DNA of 64,000 bases from Bugula neritina (Eukaryota; Animalia; Bryozoa), in NCBI GenBank assembly GCA_964035545.1, contig OZ037770.1, positions 6,644,729-6,708,728 on the forward strand, read 5' to 3'. The notes beneath the pieces were generated by a model. The model saw nothing but the letters and a program-made list of their open reading frames with translations. It made no database searches and was not told the DNA's origin. Both the position numbers and the translations under genes were made by a program. Shown here piece after piece: positions 1 to 14,500 of this stretch (within the stretch, counting starts at the first letter, position 1; each line of letters starts with the position of its first letter).

Positions 1-168
1 CTAATTTATACGTTTACTGTAGAGTGAACGGCTAGCTGTAGCTAGAGCAAACTTGTATAACATTTCTTTGAGTAAAATCACTTTAGCAATTCTATTACAA
101 CTAAACTCCTCGACATAACTTTGTCGCTAGCTGTTATAAGGTTTATGTGACCATATAGTGTATATTAT

Positions 169-585
169 ATATGGGTCATTTTACCTAATTTAGTACTCAC
201 TGGATATCTTCAGTTTTTAACTATTTTTCACCATTTAACTGCTAATGAACATGGGTTTTTGATTAAAACTAGTAAAACACCAATAAATACACTTAAATAA
301 TCAGAGTTCTTTTTAGTTTTGCTTCATTTCCTAATTATTCAGCTACTTTTAGTTGCGACCGTTACGGTTTTTTCACAACAATCCACATTACTAACAAGCT
401 AAATAAATAAAAAAAACCATTGGGAAATTGAGCAAAATTAAAAAGAACCTTAATCATTTTTGTGTATTTATTGGTGTTTTACTTGTTTTAGAAAAAAAAG
501 CCATGTTCATTACCATTTAAATTGTTTAAAATAGCTAAAAACTGGAGATTTCAGTGTGTACTAAATTTAGTAAAATGATCCATAT
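169..585. mobile_element. Foldback MITE with ~160-bp imperfect inverted arms, in TA-rich context
   Basis: Left arm ATATGGGTCATTTTACCTAATTTAGTAC...AAAACACCAATAAATACAC is the reverse complement of right arm GTGTATTTATTGGTGTTTT...GTACTAAATTTAGTAAAATGATCCATAT. No ORF. Confidence 0.8.
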
Positions 586-1300
586 GTGACCATATATATT
601 ATATATTACATAATATGTGACTATAGGTGTGTTATATATTATAAATATGTGATTGTATATATTATATATAACACAATATGTGGCTATAGGTGTGTTATAT
701 ATTATACATATGCGACCATATAATTATAATATATATGTGACCAGGTATATTATATATTGTAATGAAAATCTATGGCAAATATATATTACATTGGATTTGT
801 CTTTTCCTGCACTTGATTTTTATTTTATTTTGAACATCAATGCAATGTAATTATGTAACTCGATCCTATTCAAAAGTCGGCACAAGTGCGGATTGTCGAG
901 CTCCGACATTGGACAGGATGAGAACAAAGACTATTTCTTGTAAAAAAGGAAGCGAGCTCACAGGGTAGAATCAGTCTACTACTGGACCTCGCCGGATCAA
1001 GGCTACTTTAACTCGCTACCTATACTACAATAAAGATTCATCTACTCAAACTAGCCACCTCATCTTGTTCTTTCTATACTGGAGTTATGCTCCCCACCTA
1101 AACTGCATTCTACCCACAAAACTACTACAATATTCCATAATCTGTGACCAGGTATATTATATATGTGACCAGGTATATTATATATATGGGACCAGGTATA
1201 TTATATATGGGACCAGGTATATTATATATGGGACCAGGTATATTATATATAGGACCAGGTATATTATATATGTGACCTGGTATATTATATATCTATGTAA
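586..1300. repeat. AT-rich minisatellite (~21-30-bp unit, GTGACCAGGTATATTATATAT) interrupted by a probable solo LTR
   Basis: Repeated units visible at ~586-757 and ~1143-1300. Confidence 0.8.
758..1129 (+). mobile_element. Probable solo LTR (372 bp)
   Basis: Starts TGTA, ends TACA and is flanked by ATAT on both sides (754-757, 1130-1133). Internal AATAAA at 1029-1034; higher GC than the minisatellite it interrupts. Confidence 0.6.
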
Positions 1301-1344
1301 CCTGGTGTATTCAAAACAATATATAAACACATATTATATCTTAC

Positions 1345-4300
1345 TACAGAGTGGAGTTCCCATCAGGCAGCCTAATCCCTCAGCAAACAAAGTAAATCCA
1401 AACAGTATGGGCAGAGTCTCTACTTCGCAGAAGTCCATTGTTACGGCCAACAAGTTGCATATAGACATAGAGAAACCCAACCCCCAGAAAGTCATCAGTG
1501 TGTAACACAACTCCTGAATATTAAACAAGTTGGAAAAATTAGCATTGCAAGTTGTTGTGAGAGAACAACTTTAAGTTTGAGAAATAAATTCAACTATATA
1601 AACTATCATATGTAAACTTATATCTAGCTGGGTATTCAGAGTAAAACCTTGCTCTTACCTTTGTCATACAGTATGGTATGGCTATTGTAGTCACCGAGTA
1701 TAGCAGAACAGCCAGGAAATGAATGTTTAGTCTGTCAAATTTGAGGGGACTCATTGAAACAGCAATTAACGCCCCAACAAGTTTTGCAATTCCTGCGAAA
1801 ATTTATTAACTTCTCTTACCCAAAACAACTTTCAATATAATGCAATATATAAGTATTTTTAAAAAACATATGCAGTAACAAAAATTTGCGATAGATATAT
1901 AACAATATGTTGAAAAAAAACTCCTTTTGTAATATCAACCATGCAATACACAAATATTATTATGTTATGATCAACTTGTAGTATTGATGACTCGAAATAT
2001 TTTATTTCTTTCAATTGTAATGCAATTTTTGTGCTTTTGTTTTGTTTCATGAGTGCAAATTGTAATTCAGTCAAGACTGCTTACCTAATACTGTGAGAGC
2101 CCAAGTGACTTCAGGTACAGTTAGAGGTGTATGTTTGATCAGGTAGTCATTTATTAGGATATGAAAACAGTCAGAGCAAGAGTTCCACAACCAGAAGTTA
2201 GCCAACAACAACCACGTCTGCAAACACAAACACTTGCCAATATAATTTATCTTAAAACTACAATAAACTGTGAAGTATGTTACTAGATTACTTTAGGATT
2301 GTTACTAACCTTGGAAGACTTGAACAAGGTGAAAATGCTTGTTGTTATTGAAGCACTGTTTTTTGTACTAATCTGCTGGTCTGAATTAAACTTTTGTTCA
2401 ATTGATGAAATATCTGAGATCTTCATATCCTTACAGTCCTGTTCCAAGGTTTCTTTGTTTTCCTATATGTATATGCAATAACTTGACAGTTTTAAAATAC
2501 ACTTAAAAAATATGTTACTATAGTATATACTTTATACAAGAGTAGATTTTCACAAATTAGAGCTAGAAAAGAAATCAATACTTTCGTTCTCAGTAACACT
2601 TTCACTTTCAAAAACATTTTTATGATGACCTCCTATATAGTAATTTTAGTTCATGTGCCATACAAATTATAAACTAAAACAGCAATCAAGTTGTTCTAAA
2701 CTTTTTCTGTTGCAAAAAGGAACTAAGGTAAGCAAATGAAAATGTATATGTGTGTACGTGAGTCATAACTTTCTGTATTTAAGAAGGAAAAGAAAGAGAT
2801 AAAAAAGTGACATAAAAATTGAGATAAAAAGAAAAAGAGAGGGGAGAGAGAGAGAGAAAGAGAGGGGGGAAGAGAGAGAGTAAATGTTAAAGAGAATGCA
2901 AAGAAGAATGCTACTTTACCTGGAAACCTTTGTTAATTTGTGCTTCAGTATGGCCAGAATCTTCAGGTAGTGTTTCCATTATGTTTATTTCCTTTTTGTC
3001 TGTTATCTTCGATTCTGCTTATAAATGTAAAGCAGTTTTTATATGCATATAGTAGTTTATTTGTAAACTAGAATTGGCCTCAAGTAAGTCGTTTGGTAAG
3101 ACTTACCATGCGATATCTGAATTGGCTCACAGAAACTTAGTCCAGCAATCACATGCAGAATGTGGAATATGGAGAAGTAGGCCACAGCTCTAGAATATCC
3201 CACTGTGTCAAACAGATGCTGAGACAACTTTGGCCAAACTGCACTGCCAACAATTGCACCAAAAGGGGCAAATGAGAATGCCAAGTTCTTGTATTTCAGA
3301 AAGTGCATGGATAGTATAGAGGAGCTTGCCACGTATGTCGCTGAGATTCCTATTCCTAGATAAACAAATTATAGATTGGTTCAACAAATCTTATTAAAAT
3401 GATCTTTTTATAACAGTTCATCATTACTTGATCACAACAGTTATTACTAGTGTTTTAGTTCAATATGCCACATCTTAATAAAACCATGAACACATTGTAT
3501 TTTAAAGCTTTAGAAAAGTGGTAATTTAGAATGGGGTGCTTGTAAGGAATATGTAGGGAATAGCTATTGTGTAGCGGTTAAAGTGCTGGCTCAGTAAAAT
3601 GCAAGAGGTTAGTGGTTTGAGTCCGAATACCAGCAGTGAAGTTAGGAAGAGCATTCGGTCACATAATTACTCTTTTGCCACATATAAATAAATTATTGGG
3701 CAGCTTTTGAAAAGCCCTTTTTAACAAAGGTTTTTAAAAAAGAATAATATTGACAAGGATAGTAGTTTACATCAGTGTTGTCACACTAGAAAAATGGCTT
3801 GTTAATAAACTCAACAGCTCAACCTTCAAGCTGGTGCCTGGTAGTATCTGCATACAAATACTAGCATCTGAAAGCATCTGCAAGCATCTGCAAGAACCTG
3901 TTATTACTTGCTAGTACCTGCTAGTATTCCAAACAAACATATCGCATGCCACTGCTTTGTAGCTAAAGACAGAAGTGACAGTCCAAGTATCAGGCAGATG
4001 CCTCCAGATATCTGAGTCACTCTGCATCCTACTTTCTTGACAAGAATAGAGGCCACAGGTGCTACAAAGGTAATTGAGAATTCATAATAGTATGTGTGTT
4101 ATAGGTAGTTAATCTTAGGTATCTTGCAGTAATTAGATTCTCTTTAAGATGTTTTATGCCCAATATTCATATAACAGATTAGAATTTGTAATTATCACAA
4201 TAAAGTCTGCAATATTCAAACTTAAAGAAACATCGCATCATACTTTCTATGCACATACTTTACACGTTAATGTTATAATAATAAACATGTATTGTATAGA

Positions 4301-4856
4301 CTTTATATAAAGTTATTGTCATGTGCTATTAAACTAGGTTAATGCAACACATTAATACCCAGTGTTATTTCCTTTCACTGTACAGTTATGCAATAGTTAA
4401 TACATATATCATGTATATGCAGTATTAATTTAGAATGCTTTTGTGAGTGAATTTAGATTTAAAGTAATAAATTATAAGCATTTTGATTTTAGTCTAAAGT
4501 TGATAAAATCTAACGGGGCAAAAGGACTTATAATATATTTACAAGACTAAACACTGAAGATTACTAGGAATGATGTTTATTTATAAATGAGAGCAAACCA
4601 GTTTCTTATTGCTTGAGAATTGTGGAGCTTTTTACTTACCAAACATGAACATGGTAGCTGTGTGTACTGATCCAATCAAGCTACTCTGCTGTAAACCAAT
4701 GCTGAAGAACTTAGAATGAACCACGGTGAGGTTCCCAATTACCCCAGATGTGAACCCCACGTGTACAAAGTGGGACAGGAAAGACATCATCATGATAAGC
4801 CACACATATCCTGTGTCCAGCTTCAACTTGCTTCTCTTTATGCAACAGTTGAACAT
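1345..4856 (-). CDS. SLC16/monocarboxylate-transporter-like MFS permease, paralogue A (8 coding exons seen; final TM12 exon not found, probably left of the window)
   Basis: GT-AG exons splice in frame: 4856-4640, 4061-3918, 3355-3107, 3017-2920, 2462-2310, 2217-2085, 1792-1659, 1513-1345. The product has an MCT TM1 motif (DTGYVW), an MFS motif A-like segment (ASILVKKVGCR), a loop 4/5 motif (HFLKYKNLAFSFAPFG), a charged central loop and C-terminal hydrophobic helices. Confidence 0.88.
2835..2880. repeat. (GA)n-rich microsatellite, intron of MCT paralogue A
   Basis: Read directly from the sequence. Confidence 0.8.
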
Positions 4857-6923
4857 TTTTTCCTTCAAAATTTTAAAAGAATAAATTTTGAAATTTTTAT
4901 TTTGATTTGTTGTGAATTTTTTTTATTAAAAAAAGCCAAAAAGATTCATTCTTTGCTTGATTTAGCATTTTATTAAAGTTTAAAAGAGAATGTTTCACTT
5001 TACAGAGACAATATATCTCATGCTAAAACAGCTAGCTTATACACTGCATACATGTAACAAAAGTTTTGCAGATTCATATGATCCCATTTATTCATTTTAC
5101 TTTCAAATCATTTTTAGCTGCTAAACTTTGTAAGAACTTTGTCAGCATCTTATCTCTATAGTGTTTTTTCATCATTATAATTTAAAAAAAACAGTTTAAG
5201 AATTTTAAAGCTTTGAAATTTTTACATATTCAAAAATGAGCAAAGTCTAAAATGAAAAAATCATCAATTTCTGATTTCAAGAATCATTATTAAACTGAAA
5301 TGTAAAAATCTTTACTTATTAGCTTGCATACATATCACTTAGCTAGAAACTAGCAATTTTAGTTCATCCACTTAATATATTTTATTTGTATTTTGTCCTA
5401 CAAAGTTCACATTACTTTTCATATTTAAATTTTTCAATTTTTTATATAGACATGAAATGAGAATAATTCATTTTTATTCTAATTTGCAATTTTCTTACCC
5501 AAAATAACTAATAATATAATTATATATAAATATTTTAAATAAAATAAACCTATAATCTATTGTAACATATACTAACAGGAATTATTATAGACTATTCTAT
5601 ATTTATATGCAAACTTAAAAGAGACATAAGATGTGAGATATTGGTGGCTCATAAACTTGAACTAATATTTCCTATAATGCTCACACAGCTAGTGTTGCAC
5701 GTAGACTCCGTCCAAGCAACTAGAAATCTGCTCTATCAACTTATTTACCTGCAAACATGTCTGCATCATACTTACTTAGATAATTGTAAACAGCCAGGTA
5801 GTCAGTCTCCTGGACCTTCTAGATGTTACTAGATATCTGTAAATCCAGTGTCTCCTGAACTTTCTAGATGTTACTAGGTATCTGCAGATCCAGTGCCTCC
5901 TTAACCTTGTTATAGATGGTACGAGGTATTTGCAGAGCTGGTGTATAGTGGTCTCTATCACTTATTGTCACAACTCTTTAGATTTTATAGTATCAATCTA
6001 CCTCCTCCGACTGAAACTACAATAGTCTATATCCTGCAGGTATCAGTGCTCACTTTCCTACCTCCAGTCTGTTTACAGGTAATAGATACTAATTTATTGC
6101 CATTCAACATCTGTATATTATATTATCAGATCAATTGTTTATAGCTCCTGATATTACAGCCACAATTGAATCCTATTACCTCCCGCATTATCTGATTGCA
6201 TGAGATACGCTATTTCTATCAAAATACGATTAAATATTTTTAACAACATTACTGTTTAGTATTAATACACATGAGCAGTTGAAAGCCCTATCTACCATCC
6301 ACACAAACCCACTGAAATAAATGGAGCATTTGTATAAATACATATTATATCTTTTAATGCAATAAATAAGTGAGTAAAATATAATAAGGTTTAATAGTTA
6401 CATATAATAGTGTTCATCTATTTCTGTGTTCCGCAGTCTCTGAGCTGTATCTGCTGTCGGTAGATTTGATTGTAATTCAGCGGAGGGTTGAGTGCAGTGG
6501 CTATATTGGCAGCACCTGCTTAATTAGCTACTAGTCAGAAATGTTAGCTATTCACTTACTACAGCTCTTTAATTATGTTTGATATTATGTAATTAGCTCA
6601 CGTATGCCAAAGTATGTGTTAGACTGCAAATTAGTTCTCAACAAGAGAGGATAAATACAACAAGACAGTTATGCTAAAATATCATATTTGCTGAAAATAT
6701 TTCATCAACCAATAAACTGGGATGCAAAAGATAGGTTTTACTTTGAAATAAATTTTAAACAGTAATTTATGTTATTTTCGCATAATAAAAGTTATAATAA
6801 AAGCCTACAGCCAAATATAGATTATGGAGATTTTTAAATAGAAAACTTTTCAAGTACCTATTTGTGTGTTAAACTATAGCAGATATTAAATTTATCCATT
6901 ATATGATGATTTGGTAATTTTCA

Positions 6924-7162
6924 GTAGGGGTAACGGGGCACAACGGTTATAGGGGTACAAAATCATCGTGAAAATTTCATTATTCTGAAAGTTGTGAAAG
7001 ATATAGAAACAACAGACTGATACCTGTAATAGACAACAGATGCAGCATTAAGACTAGAGATTATTGAACTAGTAACTTGAAAAACAGACAAATGAGAGCA
7101 AAAAACTCAAAAATCAGCCCGTTGTGCCCCCCCCCCCCCCCCCTCTTACCCCTTGCCCCTAT
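6924..7162. mobile_element. Short MITE with degenerate TIRs
   Basis: Left TAGGGGTAACGGGGCACAACGG versus right CCGTTGTGCCCC...TTACCCC...CCCCTA, with a poly-C expansion in the right arm. Confidence 0.55.
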
Positions 7163-9057
7163 ATATGAAGTGTAAAGATAAAGTTGATTTGTAGTTTGTG
7201 ATAATTGGTCAAAGTAAGTGAAAAGGGAAAATCACATATTTAACATAACAAAGTTTTTACTTCATTCTATGTATACCAAAATGTGGTATATATAAATTAT
7301 TTACACTCTAACATATTATATATACAGGTGCTTTACAGCTAACTGGGATGCATGTGTTGGCATTTATCATATAAACTAGTAAAATAATAAAATTAGTTTT
7401 AAAAAAGTGTTAAAAAATTGGGTAGTAAATATATGTGTTTAGCTCAAGTTCTTGACCTCTAGTCTCTTTAAACTGAACTTACTCTCACTACATACTGGTT
7501 ATAGGTCTCGTTACATAAAACAAGTACCTACTGTTTTTTATTTCATGCATTGATGCTCCTATAATGGTCGTGGTTTCATTGTGCTGCCCCTATAAGCCTT
7601 TAATAGTTAAAGACTACACTTTATCTGTACTATATAATATAATACATATGTGGAGCTACTGGGTCACCTCAGTACTACATCATACCTTATAGGATAACAA
7701 TTATATGATCACCCTATATATACTAAACATTTTAATTATGATCTTAAATTATATTTTCCCTTCATTAAGGAAATTTATTTAGTAGCTTAAAATTATGAGT
7801 AATTACTTAATAACACAGTACTTTAATGCATGACTTTGAGTTGCATACTCTATTCTTGCGTTTTGACTAAGCGTACAAATAATTGATTATTTTAATTAAT
7901 ATTTCATTAGGATCACCATTGGTACAGTCATTTTATCTTTTTATACATATTGCATGTCAAATAGTTTTTATGCTGTTCAACTAATAATCTGCGATTATTT
8001 ATATTAAAACAATAATTTGAGTGCATTGAGAAGAATTAAGTACTAGAGACTGATAATATTGTTTAACTTTAGAGTAAGAAAACAAAATAATTATATCCGG
8101 GCTGTATGGAAAGAAATTTTTATACCAAAAACATGTTTTGCAATCAAACAGTTTTATGGCATGGTAAATATTAGCTGCATTGTACCTATATATGTTCTGC
8201 TTTTTTTACTCAGTTCCTGTTTGATTGTTCAAAAGCTTTTGTAAGAAGATAACTCCAAATTATTTTCGAGAGTGCAAAACATATTGAGAGGGTAACTCCT
8301 AATTTCTAATACAATTATACTGCATGTTGTTAAAGGTATTGAGATATAAATCAATTTTAATTCAGTAATTAGAGCATCATATTAAGCAGATACCAATGAA
8401 CTTCAATGCAGCCTAAAATAACTAGCCAACACCTGACCATGTAAGTCTGTATGTCTTCTACTATAACCATTGTGATGTTAAATTTTGCTTATTTCATTGA
8501 ACGCTATAATATAGCTATTCAGTAAAAATGATGGATTTATAATTCCCAGCTATATACTTTATGTTTCATTTTTTATCAACTTGAGTTGTGGTAAATTGAG
8601 TTGAGAATTGAGATAAGAGCAATATTATTAGAGTGTAATTTAAAAACTAATTTTCAAAATAGATGAACAGTTTTTTAAAGTGCTAAGAGAACAGAATTTA
8701 GCAGTATATAAGTTTAGTGTATAGATTTTATGCTCCATAAAGAAACTTCTAAATAACATGAAACCAGGTTAAAAGTGCAAAATAACTCTTTTTTATTTTA
8801 TTTGGCTCAATTAAGCAATTTACAGGACAAATAACCCGTGGTTGTATTCTAAAAGAATGAAAAATGTAAAAGATATTGGGTCAACTTGAAGATTTATTCA
8901 GATATGTTGTGTTGGTTCATTGAAATACCTGAGCTAATGTTTAGGTTTATTGTAAACTAGTTTAACTCAACTCAGCTTAATAAACAACACGTGACGTACC
9001 AATGGAATTGATTACACTTTCAGGTTATAAAGTTTATGTGAGATAAGAAGTAGGTTG

Positions 9058-11532
9058 CTACTTTTTACTTCCTCTAACTCTACGAACCATCTCTGGTATG
9101 AGGAGTAAACTCCCGATTACTCCAGCACAGCCAGCCAGTACTAGTCCATACTGCTCCTCTGTCTTCACAGCCAGCAATGCTGCAACAAACACAACTGCAT
9201 GTATGCAGAGTTGTATAGAAGCCATAAAATATGTCCAAATAAGTTTGCCAAGTTTGCAGCAGTAAAAGATGCAACAGCATCTGAGCTTAGCTACAACAGC
9301 ATATGAGCTTAGCTACAACAGCATGTGAGCTTAGATACAACAGCATGTGAGCTTAGCTACAACAGCATGTGAGCTTAGCTACAACAGCATGTGAGCTTAG
9401 CTACAACAGCATGTAAGCTTAGCTACAACAGCATGTAAGCTTAGCTACAACGTTGAAGAATTTTTGTTTGTGGTAATATCTCACTTCATTTGAAAATATT
9501 TGACTCTGCTAGATTGTTGCAAATATGTGATTCTGATACGGCATAAAGTTTTTATTTTATATTATCTCTTTAGTTATTTTAGAGTGTAGATAGACTACAA
9601 AAGCAACAAAGAAGTTATTAATATTAGAGCAAAAGAGTAATGGTTAATTTCGTGCACCAAGACAATAGGCATAAATTGGAACATTGACGCTGAATAGTAC
9701 TGATAGCAAATATTACTGATACTAAATATTTTTAACAGTGACTCTGAAATTTCAAAGTTAAATAATTCAAGACGGGGAAGTTGAAAAAATTAAAATTGGC
9801 CAAAATTTTAAAAAGTTGTGTTTATTATAATTACTGGCGATACTGGTGCTCAGAGTTTATGGTAAGCCGAATCAGTTCATGCTGGTGACATTCACCAGTG
9901 GCGGCCACATGTAAATTGGAACTTATTCTCAGCTATAGAGTTACTTTCGAAAGCTCAAAGCCTACTTTAAATATTTTTATTTGAAAAACTTGTGTAGCTG
10001 TCTGCGGAGTCAATCACTTATTAACTAAGCTGTATATGTAGGGGAAGAGAACTACTAGCTGACAGTACTTACTATAGAGTGATGTACCAGCAAGACCTCC
10101 TACACTCTCAAATAGCAGTAAGAGACCAAACAGCAGGGGTATGAGATCCACATGACAGAACTCTGTAACTACTGCTAGCAGGTTGCTGATAGACATGGCA
10201 AAACTCATTCCAAACACAGCTATGACCGAATAGCACGACTCCTACAGCATTTCATCTACATTGAGTATCACGTTACACACAGAGGTCAAGGCTAAATCTG
10301 TATTTATGAGGTCCAAAGTATGACTGACCTTCACAGTGCAGTAGGGCACAACAACTGTCATCACGCTGTATAGTATAACAGTGAAGAAGTGGAGGTTTAG
10401 TCTGTCAAACTTAAGTGAACTCAGTGCCACCACCAGCAATGATCCAACTATCTTTGCTATTCCTAAATGACGTATAAACATGCATAAGCATTGTATAGAC
10501 AGTTATGGAAAAACTTTAAAGTGTTTCTAGGAAACTTAAAACTGTCATGAAAAAGTATTTTTGCTAAAAGGACTTTGGAGCTCAACTGGAAATATGACAA
10601 AACGCAACACAAAGGAGGGGGTGGTGGTTTATTAGAAAAATATACATGATTTTATCCAGTTAACACAATATCTCAAACTGCAAGACAGCTATCACATGTT
10701 TCAGCTGATGGCCATTTCTCGGGTATTATTTTGCAATGCTACCCTATAAATAGCATTAATTGAACATTGAGTAAAATATGCTCGAAAGCTTATTATGTGA
10801 CAAGTAAAACTACTTTTTAGGCAGTAGATGAAGTATTACATACAGGCTTATAGCTTTAGCGCAATTGTAAAGTGTAGGTTGTCAGCAAATACAGAGAGAG
10901 AAAACTTGATATTGAATGCATATTTTTAGCTGTAGTATAAAAGAAGTATTAGATAGGCTCCTGACTCCTAAGTGACCACTAGAGTCACTTGAACTCTTTG
11001 GCTTGGTTTTACACATCTTTCAAATATGCTTTAGTCAACCTATAAGTTTCAACTATTTCGTAGATATGATATATGATTTGTATTCTATAACACTTTTCTA
11101 CATTACAGTTGAATGCTATACTACAATACAACATAAATACTCAACTACCTATGCACTTTGTATTAGTATTAACCTACAGACCTTGTGTATAGCCAATGTA
11201 GAAAATCAATAGATAAGGGACAAATCTCGAAACAGCTGCTGTACACAGATTGAGATATTATGCTCTCATTTAGTGTTCAGCAATGACATTAAATGATTGA
11301 GCACTCTAGCCATAATCACAAATTTAAGCTGCTAGCATTTAGCAATGCTAGTGACTCCTAGGTGACCCCTAGAGTCACTTGAGCTTTCTGGCTGGTTTTA
11401 CACACCTTTTAATTATGCTTTAGTAAAACTATAAGTTTCAACTATTGTGAAGGTGTAGGCCATAGAACTCTGTTCTGTGCTGATGAGGGATAAATTCCAA
11501 AACAGCTGCTTTACACAGTTTGAGATATATAT

Positions 11533-11590
<58 letters not shown>

Positions 11591-14500
11591 AGTTAGAGGG
11601 TGAAGTGGTGCAACATACCCAAAACTACGACTGCCCACGTGACATCAGCATCTGCCAAGTCTGTGTATTTCATAAGATAATCATTTATTAGGATATGGAA
11701 AGTGTTACTACAGGAATTCCAGAGCAGGAAGTTTACCAACAACATCCAAACCTGTATAGGTATGAGCAAGTACAAGTACAATTTCCTGTGAGCTAGATAT
11801 ATTAAACACTTTAATTCTGTCTCCAAATACCCTTATTAGGAAACCATGCTTTGATCACCTTAAAAGTGTATGAATATATATATAATATATTTTACTTCAA
11901 AGGTATCAGACAATACAAAAGCCAGGAAAAACAATGACTGAACTATAGCAAAACATGTTTTAAATTCATCACAACTTTTGTTATTATTTAACGACTTTAA
12001 CATAATATGTGGTAATAGATTTGAAAAAATTTTATACCAATGAATTTTCCAACACACATAGCCAAAATATGACAAAGCCTATTACTCATGTAAGACCAAA
12101 GCTGTAGCAAGTTACAATAGAGATGGTAACAAAAATAAAACATGCTTACTTGCTATTTTTCAAGATATTATTTACTTTGTTGCTGGCCAATTAGCTCACA
12201 CTGCAAATTATTAGGAATACCTGCAGGGAAAACTCAGTAAATATTCATAATTTTAATAAATACAGTAGTCATGAGCATCTTACATAATTTAAATTATTAG
12301 GTGATTCAATCATTGATATATTTACATTATAATGTAATACCTAGTGCCTATATCTTATGTAATACCTATATCCACTTAATAAAAACCCATATACATATTG
12401 TCTATCTTATTTCTAGATCTTACATATATAAAAAATTAAACAGATATTATCATGCGTTCCACATATATTGCTTAAAAAATGACAACTAACGATGGACACG
12501 TATATATGTATGTACATGTACTTTACATAATATATTTGCAAAACTTTAAAGCCCATAAAAACTTGCATATTTGATATAATCATGTTCTATAGCTGTCAAC
12601 ACTAACACTTCCACTCACCTTAGGTAACCTTGCTAAAGCTAAAAGACTTTTAGAGACAGAAGAGCTAGCATCAGTTTGCTGTACAGTTGCAGGGCTAGTA
12701 TCTTCAGAGCCCGTTTCTTCTTTGCTCTCTTCTGCATCTTCTCCAGTGTTCTATAACATTAGATTGTAAGTTGGATGAAAGTCTTGCTTGTCAACCATAT
12801 GATTTTGAACCTAACTTATTTGAACAATTTTAAAATGTTGGCTTTTTTTCCAAAAGCTGTGAATAAAAACTTTAAATCAAATTTTTCAAATTTAAATTAG
12901 AATAGACTTTGTCATTGGGATATTAAATGTTGTTTGCATACTTGTCACGATGCTATGTTTGTTTGTCATGTAAAGCCAACAATAGTTTGGTATATTTCAT
13001 GTAATTTGTAGATTCTATTAGTTAAAGTCAGTCATAGTTACATGATTCAGTAACTGAAAAGGCTTAATGTTTATTTATTAGTTAATGTGAAGACAAAATG
13101 ACATTTCCAGTGGTTTGGCATTTTCTAGCATTAGTGAGAATAAGCGTTTTTATTGGTGACACGAACTTGCAACAACCTTGGTAAAAAAAGTAACAACTTA
13201 TGAAAATATTGACCTAATGGAAAATTTTAGTTTTATCTCATAAGTTTGACATTTTTTTGTTTTCAAATTTAAAGCGAATTTCATTGTTTTAACAATCAAC
13301 AAAGGTAATAAAATTGCTTTTTCTTATAACATCTTGTCGGGTTTTTTCTCCACATATGTTCATAATCTTACCAACATGCTAAAATACTCTATTTAGTAGT
13401 AAATGTCAGCTTTTTACAACGTTTTAAGCAAATACAATTTACTTCTTACGTTGAATGCATGGTTAGAATATCCTCCGTCAATTATACTCAGCTCCAGTTT
13501 TTTGTCACCTGCAGCATCAACTTCACCCTCTGCCTCAGTGATCTTCTCTGAGCAAAATATGCATACACTTGTTTAAGTGACAGTATATAGAATGCAGCAG
13601 TAAGATAATATATATTAGTTAAAGACACAAGTGGTGTAGTCTCCATTACCATGTGGCACTAAAGATTTACACTCAGGAGACTTTAGGACTATTTCACTTC
13701 AGAGTTATACCAGTAAAGTTTAGTACTCCTTTAGAAGTAAAGCTATGTAGTAATGTCAAACTCTCTTGCAATTTAGGTTTATTTCCTAAAGTTATGCATA
13801 AGTAAAATTCTGTAACCCTTAAAAACATAACCACTATAGCGTTACACTGTTGAATAGCACTTCACTAATCATTCAGTATCATTTAAATTGATGAAATACC
13901 ATCTGTTAAAACTTAACCAAGATATAACTTAACCTTCAACATCATTATTTGGATAGTTTGATAAAGAATAATTTGCTAAAAGGAGACAATCAGTAAGTGA
14001 TAAAGTCATAACACTTTTACACAATGTCCCACTTCACTTTAATTGTATATATGCTAATTAAGAGCACTCGGGGAGTTGCCTGGGAAAGTGATAACACTGC
14101 AGATAGCTCTGCAAGCTTAGATTTGGTACAAATAAAATAGTCTCTAAAAACCTTTGGCACAGAATCACCATGTTTTCATCAAAGAGACTATACAGAAACC
14201 TGCAGGGTAGTTAATGCTATGAATGCAAAGACTCCCTACAAACATAGGCACGTTATAAATCCTATCTTCTAACAATCCATTTAACTATTTTCATTTACGT
14301 ACCATCATTTGGTTCACTCTCCCTTTGAAAAACTTCACAAAAGCTTAGTCCAGCTATTACATGCAGAATATGGAATATGGAGAAGTAGGCCACAGCTCTT
14401 GAATATCCCATCATGTCAACCAGATGCTGACACAACTTCGGCCAGACAGAATTCCCAATGAAGGAGCCCAAAGAGGCAAAGGAAAAAGCAAAATATTGGT

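Noticed and set aside
9080-9280. Standalone 66-aa ORF
   Set aside because: The coding frame is a different one: the last exon of MCT paralogue B (9179-9058).
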